Source: a virus. From it: a DNA stretch of 34,582 bases. Positions 12,810-21,063 of the stretch are shown one piece after another. Made by a program: the position numbers and the translations under genes. Positions within the stretch are counted from its first letter, which is position 1. Every line of letters begins with the position of its first letter. The stretch is from UHGV virus genome UHGV-0129090, one strand, 5' to 3'. The notes under the pieces were generated by a model. That model saw only the letters and a program-made list of their open reading frames with translations, was not told the DNA's origin and did no database searches.

Positions 12810-15800
12810 TTATTTATTCTGTGCAATTAGTAATTGAGTTACTACAGCACGTAGTTCATCTAGTTGTAGCTGTTGGTCTGCAATTTGTGCTTTTAGAGTA
12901 TCATTTTCTTTAGATAGTTCTTGGATTGCCGCAAGTCCGTCTAATAGCATTGGGGTTTGATCTAGATGATACAATTCACCAATTTTATTAACGTACTGTG
13001 GATCAATAGTCCTAATCTGTTGGCTAATTACACCGCGACGGGCTTTATCAGGGGTATCATTGAATGTAAAATCCTTAAATTCCATTCTATTGATATTTGA
13101 TAGAGCTACCTTAGTGTCTAAATCACTCTGGATAGTTTTAACAGACTGGTCAGATACTGCCGACATGGTTATTTGGTTCCATGCACTCCATGAGCTGTTG
13201 TTAGTCTGGATACGTGAGAATATACGGTTTGACGTATCATAGAAACGTTGTTGATACCATTGACCAGATACACCAGTTGCAGCACTAGGACCAGCATCTA
13301 GACCCTGCGTACATTGAGTGAATAGAGAGCCGTAAACACTACCCGACGTTGGGGCGTTAGACATAACACCGCCAGTATTTTTCCATCCTTGATACTGAAT
13401 GTTAAAATCATTACCAGACCCACCGTCTGTACTGTTACCGTTTGGTGCTAGGCCGCCATTATAGCCGACATACATCACTGTATTTGCCGATGGTTTGGCA
13501 AAACGTATAGTTTTACGGTTGGTAGTTGATGTATGACCATCCATAAAGAGATATAGACCATCCTCACCATTATTTTCAAAATATACACGTTTCCCAATAG
13601 TACCGTCGCCTACTCGGTTAGAGATAAGATAAACTCCGGGATAGTTGGCTTGTGCAACCAGTTTACTAGAAGAAATAATATCACCACTTGCCGTAACAGT
13701 ACCGGTAGATATTGATCCAGACGTTACAGTACCTGTTGTAGTCAATGATGCAGCATTAATACTATCAGTTGCTACAATAGATTCAGCATTTACACTACCT
13801 GTTGTAGTTAGTGATGCGGCGTTCAAACTACCTGTTGTAGTCAATGTACCCGTACTGGATAGATTACCCGTAACAGATAGATTTTTTAGAGTGGTATTTG
13901 CTGCTGCTGTACTAAGTGTATCCGTACTAGCTGTATATTTAATTACATCAAATGTATCATTTTTAGATAATGTAATATTACCAGCCGTTCCAATTAGTGA
14001 ATATTTTGTAGCACCTGTTCCCGTTTGATTGAGAATAAATGCAGGTGATCCACCTTCAATTGTAATTGGTGATGTTACTTTACCAGTGATTGATAGATTA
14101 CCATTAAATGATTGAGTACCTGCCCATGTATTAGCTAGATTCAGTGCTGGAATCTGATTCCATGTTCCATGTGTGCCAGCTTCGATAGTACGGAAGAATG
14201 CTTTATTCTGTCGGCCTACAATCTGGAAACCATAATTACCACTAAAGCCAGTATGAGTACCACCATAAACGTTAGCACCGTCTGGACCATTCACACTACC
14301 AGCCAGAAATCTACTACGGTTAATAATGGACGTTTGACCGTTCCAGTCCTGACCAGTTGAAGATAAAAATCCATTTGGTGAACTAAATGTACCATCGCTA
14401 TTAAAGTTGAAGAATTGAGTAGTATCACTTGAAGTAACGCCACGCCATACTAATTGAATTGCACCGTCGCTAGTTCTAAATTCTGATTGAGATTTAGTAG
14501 TTTTATCTGCATTCAATTGTTTTGATACAAAGGTAAAATCATTTACACCAGTACCGGAAGCAATAAAACCGTTACCCGCTTCAATATTACCACTAAAGGT
14601 TAATTTAGGAGATGTAATTGTTAGGTTATCGCCAATATTCATCCCATTTGAAAGTACAGCACGACCGCCACCACCGATATAATAGTTTGGTGTAGTAGTA
14701 GAACTATTGGACATATAAAAGCCAGGACGAGCTTGTCTAAAATCGAATAATGCACGTGTTCCGTTTGCTACTGCGGTACTCATTGGATCTTCTACGCCCC
14801 ACGGATAAACTACATCAGTCCCAGCGGTATATGATGCCGTTGGTGCAAATGCGGTACAGAATGCGGGTATCCTCATACGTACTGGGAACGCTCGACCCTC
14901 TACATATACTGCCATCTTATCTTCTGCAATCTTCGCACTAACTAGAATACAGTTAAGTGCTTTTTCAGTTGGTGCATAGCAGTTATAGTAACCATAGCCA
15001 GCATCACCGCGATCTGTCCATCCACCAGCACGTACGAAGCCGTTAAACTGTGCGGAGTTCATTGGATCACCACCAGAAGACGATTTAGTATATAGGTCGA
15101 TATGTGCACCAGTAGAAGAAATATTTTCATAGGATAGATCAATAATTACTGGATAGTATTTGTCTGCTTCCACTCCCGGAGGTGCCGGAATTGCGATTAT
15201 TTGACCACTACCAACGGTAGGGGCTTTAATATTATTTCTAGCAGTAGTAACGTCTGCTACATCACTTAGATTACTTGCAATTTTCAATTGTGCATCATTG
15301 GTTACATTACTTAGTCCTACATCACCTTTAGTGATTGAGATATTACCAGTAAGTGCTTTGCCATTAATAGTAGTAGTTTTTGGTACATATAGATTACTAA
15401 CTTCGGAAGAAGAAAGAATACCTAAGTTTGTTCTCGCCTGTGCTGCCGTACTTGCACCAGTACCGCCCTGTAGAATTGGTAATGCGTATGGTGCGTTGGC
15501 TGTGCCGTTCCATACTCCCCAGGTGCCATCGTTCTTAACAAATAAACGCATATTACCATCACCGGATACTACGCGAGTTTCTCCAACTGGATTAGCGTAT
15601 TCTTGGAAACGGCTTAAACCTAAGTTAGTACGGGCAACTGATTTATCAGCCACATCAGCAAGGTTACTTGCAATTTTCAACTGTGCATCATTGGTTACAT
15701 TACTTAGTCCTACATCACCTTTAGTGATTGAGATATTTGTAGTAAGTGGTCTACCGTTAATAGTACGGGATAATGGCACATACTGATCACTAATCTGAGT

Positions 15801-16511
15801 TGCAGTAAGTATACGCGTCCATGCTGTATTCTGGTTCTTTGCATAGATTGCCAATGTACCGGATTTAGTCATTGCAATACTGGAGAATGTACCGGAATCG
15901 ATAAGACCAATACCCATTAGATCCGCACTAGCTGGGTTATCATTGCGTGCTGCTGGTACTTTGATAAAACTGTTGCCATTTGGTAACTGTGGTTCGTACT
16001 GTGGTACGTCTACGCCGTTACTACCTACGCCATATGATCCTACAACTAGTCCGGTACTCAATGGTGCTTGACCATCACGTACTAGAACGTCGGTAGGGGT
16101 AAAGGTATATGATTTAGTAACTACTGAGTCTTTATCACCAGCAAGGCGAGCGGAACTAATCATACCATTCACCATACTATAGGAGATGATACCATCAGTT
16201 ACGGCGTACTGTAGTGTTAGCTGGAACTCGGTCTGATCTTCGGTCGCTTGGTCTAAAAATGCGTGAGCGGTGCAATCTGGTACGTAGTTAACAACAATAT
16301 CAATATCGTTTACGTTCTGTTCTGCGAGTAGTTTCTCTGAAAATTCACTGTTATATACTTCAATAGATTGTACTTGGCTATCAATACCGAATGAAGGCAT
16401 CGCCGCCAATTCATTTACTAGTTCATTCCCTGCGTTATCGGGGATACGGTTTGCGGTGTCGTCATTATAGAATAATTTAAAACCACTCCCTGTAAAAATT
16501 TGATCTGCCAT
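12810..16511 (-). CDS. Tail-tube-paralog::long fibre fusion protein with C-terminal S74-type intramolecular chaperone (1233 aa)
   Basis: Residues ~1-145 align with the 152-aa tube protein. Compare SIEVYNSEFSEKLLAEQNVNDIDIVVNYVPD with [33 protein letters not shown], and ARLAGDKDSVVTKSYTFTP with NLIAGSKDEVVTKAFTLAV. The middle carries fibre repeats (TING(R/K)xLTxNISITKGDVGLSNVTNDAQLKIASNL, twice; GGTGASTAAQARTNLG). The C-terminus (SDQSVKTIQSDLDTKVALSNINRMEFKDFTF...RRGVISQQIRTIDPQYV...LDGLAAIQELSKENDTLKAQIADQQ) looks like the auto-cleaving chaperone of T5 pb1 and endosialidases. Confidence 0.7.
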   Translation of the reverse strand: MADQIFTGSGFKLFYNDDTANRIPDNAGNELVNELAAMPSFGIDSQVQSIEVYNSEFSEKLLAEQNVNDIDIVVNYVPDCTAHAFLDQATEDQTEFQLTLQYAVTDGIISYSMVNGMISSARLAGDKDSVVTKSYTFTPTDVLVRDGQAPLSTGLVVGSYGVGSNGVDVPQYEPQLPNGNSFIKVPAARNDNPASADLMGIGLIDSGTFSSIAMTKSGTLAIYAKNQNTAWTRILTATQISDQYVPLSRTINGRPLTTNISITKGDVGLSNVTNDAQLKIASNLADVADKSVARTNLGLSRFQEYANPVGETRVVSGDGNMRLFVKNDGTWGVWNGTANAPYALPILQGGTGASTAAQARTNLGILSSSEVSNLYVPKTTTINGKALTGNISITKGDVGLSNVTNDAQLKIASNLSDVADVTTARNNIKAPTVGSGQIIAIPAPPGVEADKYYPVIIDLSYENISSTGAHIDLYTKSSSGGDPMNSAQFNGFVRAGGWTDRGDAGYGYYNCYAPTEKALNCILVSAKIAEDKMAVYVEGRAFPVRMRIPAFCTAFAPTASYTAGTDVVYPWGVEDPMSTAVANGTRALFDFRQARPGFYMSNSSTTTPNYYIGGGGRAVLSNGMNIGDNLTITSPKLTFSGNIEAGNGFIASGTGVNDFTFVSKQLNADKTTKSQSEFRTSDGAIQLVWRGVTSSDTTQFFNFNSDGTFSSPNGFLSSTGQDWNGQTSIINRSRFLAGSVNGPDGANVYGGTHTGFSGNYGFQIVGRQNKAFFRTIEAGTHGTWNQIPALNLANTWAGTQSFNGNLSITGKVTSPITIEGGSPAFILNQTGTGATKYSLIGTAGNITLSKNDTFDVIKYTASTDTLSTAAANTTLKNLSVTGNLSSTGTLTTTGSLNAASLTTTGSVNAESIVATDSINAASLTTTGTVTSGSISTGTVTASGDIISSSKLVAQANYPGVYLISNRVGDGTIGKRVYFENNGEDGLYLFMDGHTSTTNRKTIRFAKPSANTVMYVGYNGGLAPNGNSTDGGSGNDFNIQYQGWKNTGGVMSNAPTSGSVYGSLFTQCTQGLDAGPSAATGVSGQWYQQRFYDTSNRIFSRIQTNNSSWSAWNQITMSAVSDQSVKTIQSDLDTKVALSNINRMEFKDFTFNDTPDKARRGVISQQIRTIDPQYVNKIGELYHLDQTPMLLDGLAAIQELSKENDTLKAQIADQQLQLDELRAVVTQLLIAQNK
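15271..15344. repeat. 74-bp direct repeat, copy A (inside the fibre gene)
   Basis: TTACTTGCAATTTTCAATTGTGCATCATTGGTTACATTACTTAGTCCTACATCACCTTTAGTGATTGAGATATT matches 15664-15737 except for one base (15288 T versus 15681 C). Confidence 0.9.
15664..15737. repeat. 74-bp direct repeat, copy B (inside the fibre gene), 393 bp from copy A
   Basis: See copy A. The offset is 393 bp, or 131 codons, so the repeats are in frame. Weaker similarity extends on both sides. Confidence 0.9.
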
Positions 16512-16524
16512 CTTTTAATTCCTT

Positions 16525-16917
16525 TTATTTTAAAGTTGCTACAATATTTATTGCAAAAGATAGCGATTGATAACCAGTTGACGGATCTGTTACTAGTTCA
16601 CTGTCGGCTACGTCATAGCTATGGAGTTGTACGCCATTATTACCAAATTCCATAATAGTATTAGTACGGAAGTAATCAAAAATAGTACCGAAGGTGTCAG
16701 CGGGTAAATTGATTGAAGGTTCTGGTACTAATAGGAATTGAAAGGTAAAATTACCCATTTGATTTTGATTATTATAGTTTACTGATTGGTATGTTTGATT
16801 GGTTGAAACAAGAATAAAGATATCTCGACCTGCTGCAATATTCATTGCCTTTCGAATTGGAATGATATTATTTAAACTGTCTCTAATAGTTTTCTGTACT
16901 TGTGTTAGTAGATTCAT
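16525..16917 (-). CDS. Neck / tail-completion protein (gpU or DUF3168-like position), about 130 aa
   Basis: It sits between the head-tail adaptor-like gene and the tail genes. I moved the start to the ATG at 16917 (MNLLTQVQKTIRD), 1 nt after the upstream stop codon, with GGGTGG upstream. I have no firm motif. Confidence 0.4.
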   Translation of the reverse strand: MNLLTQVQKTIRDSLNNIIPIRKAMNIAAGRDIFILVSTNQTYQSVNYNNQNQMGNFTFQFLLVPEPSINLPADTFGTIFDYFRTNTIMEFGNNGVQLHSYDVADSELVTDPSTGYQSLSFAINIVATLK

Positions 16918-16918
16918 A

Positions 16919-17239
16919 TTACCACCCGTAATTATTAATTGTTGATGGTCTAATGTAAACTTCACTAACACCACTTAAATCATTATAGATATTGAATACA
17001 GTGTAGTTAGTACCCTGTACGCCTACTACGGAATCAATAGCGATACTGTAAGTAGATAGATCATCAGTCTTTACTGATAGAAATGTTTCTGTACTCTCTA
17101 CTAGTCCTTCAGTCCCGCTATCAATGACAACGGGGCGATTATCTACAATTGCTGTAAACGTCGCCCCGTTAATTGTGATAGGTTCACCAAAGGCATTTAG
17201 GAAAGTAGAATCAATTTGATTGCTAGTAAAATGCCTCAT
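16919..17239 (-). CDS. Head-tail joining / head-closure protein (gpFII or SPP1 gp16-like), 106 aa
   Basis: This is the first gene after the capsid gene. The pattern FLNAFGEPITINGATFTAIVD...TFLSVKTDDL...VGVQGTNYTVFNIYNDLSGV resembles small head-tail joining proteins. Confidence 0.5.
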   Translation of the reverse strand: MRHFTSNQIDSTFLNAFGEPITINGATFTAIVDNRPVVIDSGTEGLVESTETFLSVKTDDLSTYSIAIDSVVGVQGTNYTVFNIYNDLSGVSEVYIRPSTINNYGW

Positions 17240-17252
17240 AGTGGTTTTATCC

Positions 17253-19115
17253 TTATGGTTTTAGTTGTAGTTGTACAAATGCTTCTTCGTGTGCAATTGC
17301 TACGTCTAGGTACTGGAAGCTACGAATTGCGATAGTCTGAGCTGCACGGTAGGTAGTATCATCAAAATCTAGTTCTTGGCCTTCGTTCCAGTTAGCAAAG
17401 ATTAGTTCGGAAAAATCACCGATGAGAATAGTATCTGCTGCTACAAATGTGCTCTCCAAAACGCGGATCTCGTCGTTCAACCACATATCATAACGATGGC
17501 CTGCTACCATTGCGACGGCTGCGGTGTTATTCAATACTGCGGTTTGACGTAGTTTAGCGAGCATAGAAGGATGGACAATAGCTACACAACGATTGATATC
17601 TACGTTTTTAGCGGAGATAACTTCGATAGCTTTCTGTACGTCTGCTTCGGATACTTGACCAGATACTGCGGTTTGTTGTACTGGAACGGTAGTAGCGATT
17701 TGTGCAAATACTGCTGATTCTAGACCGTTAGAACATTGGCGTAGTAGCTCGTCGGTAACATAACGTTCGGTTGCTGCGTTGCTTAGTAGCATTGCTTTAG
17801 TGATCTTGATACCTGCTGCGAACATGCGAGGCTTTAGAGTGATCTTATCAAAGGTTTCGAAGCCGTCGGTTACTGCTTCATCTTCGTTATAGAATTTAGC
17901 TGCTGGGTTCATACCTTTAGCACGCGGGATAGAGAAGTTGCCACGACCAGCAAGGCCACCAAATACAGTCACTGGTAGTTGACCTAGTACGGTTTGTGCT
18001 AGTAGTTGGCGAATATACGCGTCGGATAGTTCTTCTTTTACTAGACCTGCCGCAGTTACGGTAGAAGTGGTATCAGCGGTGCTACGTACCATTGCGTTTA
18101 GGTCTGCATTATAACCGCGAGCACCTTTTTCGAAAGTTTCTAGATCGTGTGCTTCACCTTTTAGACTGCGTAGACCTTCGTTAATTAGAGATTTCTTTTC
18201 CATTTTTTTGATATCCTTATCAATTGATTTATTATCTGTATTTAGTGAGCGTTTAAAGTCTTCTACGCTTACACCGTTTTTAATTGCTTCTTCTGTACTA
18301 ACACCTAGTACCGAAGAGATAGATTGAAGTTCGCGAATACGATTTGCTTCTACTTCTTTATTTATACTTTCTTGAATATCAGTTACTGCAATAGAACGTT
18401 CTTCTACTAATTCCGGTTGTACTTCTTCTTGTACTTCCTCGATCACTTCGGGTTCTTCTACTACTTCTACTGATTCTTCACTTTCGACTACTACGGATTC
18501 TTCAATTACTTCTGGTTGCACTTCTTCTACTGGTGCTTCTTCAATAATTTCTACTTCCGGTACTAGTTCTTCTTTTTGTTCTGGTTCCATTTGGGGTTGA
18601 TCCTCTAAAGTAATTTCATCATTACTATTTAGTGATCTTCCAACACCAACACTATTATCTGCGGGAGTGGATACGCTAGATACTTCATATGGTTGCCATT
18701 TGGAAACAATGAGATCATTACCATCTAGATAATAGTCTAGGATGTTATAACCTACGGACACTTTAGGGCGAATACCTTCTACGATCATTCCGAAGATAGT
18801 ATTTGCGGTTCCTAGTGCACTAAAACGTACAGTAGCACGACATACCTTATCCATATCTACGCGAGCATTTTCTACTATACCAACCTGACGCATAGCATCA
18901 TGTTCTACTAGTACAGGTGCACCGTCATTGAGGCGGCTTAAGTCTACGTTTTCAGGACTGCATAAAAGGATCTCATTATAGAGAGTTCCTTTAATATCGC
19001 GTACTACTGGAATCTCGGAGGCAAAAGAGAGTTCTACTGTTCTATCGGTTTCATCAATTGCATTATTGATTTGCGTTAGATTGATCGCCCTCGTCTGGTT
19101 CTTGTTTAATTCCAT
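17253..19115 (-). CDS. Prohead protease (HK97/S78 type) fused to scaffold-like linker and HK97-fold major capsid protein (620 aa)
   Basis: The N-terminal ~160 aa carry protease landmarks (APVLVEHD..., KVSVGYNIL, YEVSSVSTPADNSVG). Next comes a very acidic E/V/P-rich linker (EPEQKEELVPEVEIIEEAPVEEVQPEVIEESVVVESEESVEVVEEPEVIEEVQEEVQPELVEE). A helical segment follows. The last ~300 aa are typical of HK97-like capsid proteins (ITLKPRMFAAGIKITKAMLL..., AIVHPSMLAKL, ILIGDFSELIFANWNEGQELDFD). Confidence 0.8.
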   Translation of the reverse strand: MELNKNQTRAINLTQINNAIDETDRTVELSFASEIPVVRDIKGTLYNEILLCSPENVDLSRLNDGAPVLVEHDAMRQVGIVENARVDMDKVCRATVRFSALGTANTIFGMIVEGIRPKVSVGYNILDYYLDGNDLIVSKWQPYEVSSVSTPADNSVGVGRSLNSNDEITLEDQPQMEPEQKEELVPEVEIIEEAPVEEVQPEVIEESVVVESEESVEVVEEPEVIEEVQEEVQPELVEERSIAVTDIQESINKEVEANRIRELQSISSVLGVSTEEAIKNGVSVEDFKRSLNTDNKSIDKDIKKMEKKSLINEGLRSLKGEAHDLETFEKGARGYNADLNAMVRSTADTTSTVTAAGLVKEELSDAYIRQLLAQTVLGQLPVTVFGGLAGRGNFSIPRAKGMNPAAKFYNEDEAVTDGFETFDKITLKPRMFAAGIKITKAMLLSNAATERYVTDELLRQCSNGLESAVFAQIATTVPVQQTAVSGQVSEADVQKAIEVISAKNVDINRCVAIVHPSMLAKLRQTAVLNNTAAVAMVAGHRYDMWLNDEIRVLESTFVAADTILIGDFSELIFANWNEGQELDFDDTTYRAAQTIAIRSFQYLDVAIAHEEAFVQLQLKP

Positions 19116-20559
19116 TTTCCTTATCTTCCTTGTTGATTTCTTCCATGACGATAACCGGATCGTATCCCATCTCCGAAATTACCATTGCCTTACTCTTTAA
19201 ACCGTTCTCAATTGCTAATACTTCGGTTTGAAGGTCTTTATATGGATCTAGGGAGATTTGACGCGTCTGTACATATTGTGCATGAGTCAATTTATTAAAA
19301 TCACTAAAATTTAAATTGCTTAATGTACTACTATTTAGCATTGCAGATTTTAGCCATGCAATATAAAGAGGTTTCAGTACAGATACAATTAAAGCATTAG
19401 TACGGCTTTTAAATGTTGATTGCTGTAATTTATCAGTTAACTTTGCAGCACTGAATGAAGCATTACTAGTATCAGAAGTTAGAGATTGTTTTGTAATATC
19501 TAATCCCATTGCAATCATCATCATTTGGTTATCAATAAACTCCTGAATACCGTCGGTAGTTTGAGATGGGTTTACTGTTTTAATATCCTGACCTGCCTGT
19601 AGTTCTACGATTGCAGCCGGATTTAGATAGTCCTGATCATAATAAGATACACTGTCATCAGTTAGTAACTGTACGTCATCACTATCAGGATTGGTAATGA
19701 AGGCCATTGCAGACGCTGCAACCTTACGGGAAGTAATTGCTGCCGCCATAAATTCCTCTAACTCTTTTAACTTTTCAGTACCGGAATGAACATCTGGTAT
19801 CCCGCGTTGCTGCGTTGGATAGTCCTGTTGAAACAGGTGTAGGATCTCGTCTGCTGGTACGCGTTCACGCTCACCAATCATATAGTTGTACATGATGGGG
19901 TTATAACGTGTTACCCAATAAGCTACAGGACGGTTATTATTAATATCAAATTCAATACCATTACTAATATAGTTACCACTTGGTAGTAATTGGTTCTCAT
20001 AGGTCGAGATACGCATTGAATCGATAATCTCAATCTGTGGTAGCTCTCCTGGCTTACTGTGAACGCGAATGAAACAATCACCATCTACTGATCGAGTACG
20101 TTCTACCAGACGTTGGAAGGTACTGATATCTAGAGTACCGCAACGTGAGAAGGCTTTAGGATCTTCGGCCCATGCGTAAAAAGCATCTTCAATCTGTTTA
20201 TCGATTGACTGATTAACTTGCTCGTCGTCGGAGCTATGGGTACAAGGGCGAATATATAGGCCATCTGCACCCGTTACGCCTGCACTATTCGTACTGACAT
20301 ATTTCTTTACAATACCGTTCTTAATTGAGAGTTCACGACTTACTGCAACCATTACGGGTAGAGTACGGTTAATAATGGCGTTAATATTACCAGCCTGATT
20401 ACCACCAGTGAATCCAAATGAGATAACAGGACTAGATGATCCCAAATTGAGGGAAGTCATCGCTCGTTTCATTGGGTTGTTTTTCATTAGCTTTACTGGC
20501 TTCTGTACTAATACCTTCTGTTTTGGTTCTTCTACTTTCTTTTTATTCCATCCGAACAT
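19063..20559 (-). CDS. Portal protein (lambda gpB-family-like), 498 aa
   Basis: Size and position fit (between the terminase/gpW-like genes and the protease-capsid gene). The C-terminus is acidic. I could not verify the family from a diagnostic motif. Confidence 0.7.
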   Translation of the reverse strand: MFGWNKKKVEEPKQKVLVQKPVKLMKNNPMKRAMTSLNLGSSSPVISFGFTGGNQAGNINAIINRTLPVMVAVSRELSIKNGIVKKYVSTNSAGVTGADGLYIRPCTHSSDDEQVNQSIDKQIEDAFYAWAEDPKAFSRCGTLDISTFQRLVERTRSVDGDCFIRVHSKPGELPQIEIIDSMRISTYENQLLPSGNYISNGIEFDINNNRPVAYWVTRYNPIMYNYMIGERERVPADEILHLFQQDYPTQQRGIPDVHSGTEKLKELEEFMAAAITSRKVAASAMAFITNPDSDDVQLLTDDSVSYYDQDYLNPAAIVELQAGQDIKTVNPSQTTDGIQEFIDNQMMMIAMGLDITKQSLTSDTSNASFSAAKLTDKLQQSTFKSRTNALIVSVLKPLYIAWLKSAMLNSSTLSNLNFSDFNKLTHAQYVQTRQISLDPYKDLQTEVLAIENGLKSKAMVISEMGYDPVIVMEEINKEDKENGIKQEPDEGDQSNANQ

Positions 20560-21050
20560 TATCGTGATCTCCTAAATGTAGTAATTGATTTAATAGGACA
20601 ACCAGTATTGAAGCCTTTCATATCCGAAAGTAAATCATTTGCACGACTGACATATACGGGGCGTAGTTTCATAAGTATTTCGCTACTTTCATATGTTAAT
20701 GATTTATTCTGGATTGATTGACTTAATACACCACCGCCCTTAATTCGATCCATGATGATTTGATCAATATCTTTGATGATTTGCATCAGGTCATTGTATT
20801 CTGACGCCTTTGAGGTTGGATCTACTACTTCGAATTGCTGTACTCCATATGCTACGGTACTGTTAATAATTGCAGTCCATACACCCGCTACCCAATTGCT
20901 AGTATCAATATCGGGGAAGGGATATGTATATGAGGTCTTTACCCCGTTTGGATCAATCAAGTCTACTTCTGATCCTGCGGGGTAATCGAAAGTAATAGTT
21001 TCGCCTTTAAAGATATCGCCTTTTAAAGTTACTTTGCGAACTATTGCCAT
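20559..21050 (-). CDS. Possible gpW-like head-tail joining protein with extra N-terminal domain (163 aa from MAIVRK)
   Basis: It occupies the gpW slot between TerL and portal. The C-terminal segment IDQIIMDRIKGGGVLSQSIQNKSLTYESSEILMKLRPVYVSRAN loosely parallels lambda gpW ([37 protein letters not shown]). I chose the ATG at 21050 as the start (AAGGA upstream). Confidence 0.35.
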   Translation of the reverse strand: MAIVRKVTLKGDIFKGETITFDYPAGSEVDLIDPNGVKTSYTYPFPDIDTSNWVAGVWTAIINSTVAYGVQQFEVVDPTSKASEYNDLMQIIKDIDQIIMDRIKGGGVLSQSIQNKSLTYESSEILMKLRPVYVSRANDLLSDMKGFNTGCPIKSITTFRRSR

Positions 21051-21063
21051 TTTATTTTTTTCC

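Noticed and set aside
13060-15786. Plus-strand ORFs inside the 1233-aa fibre gene (13060-13242, 13645-14028, 14169-14360, 14750-14941, 15298-15786)
   Set aside because: They are antisense to a gene with clear fibre and chaperone motifs. Their repetitive V/P/L-rich translations mirror the fibre repeats. I do not consider them genes.
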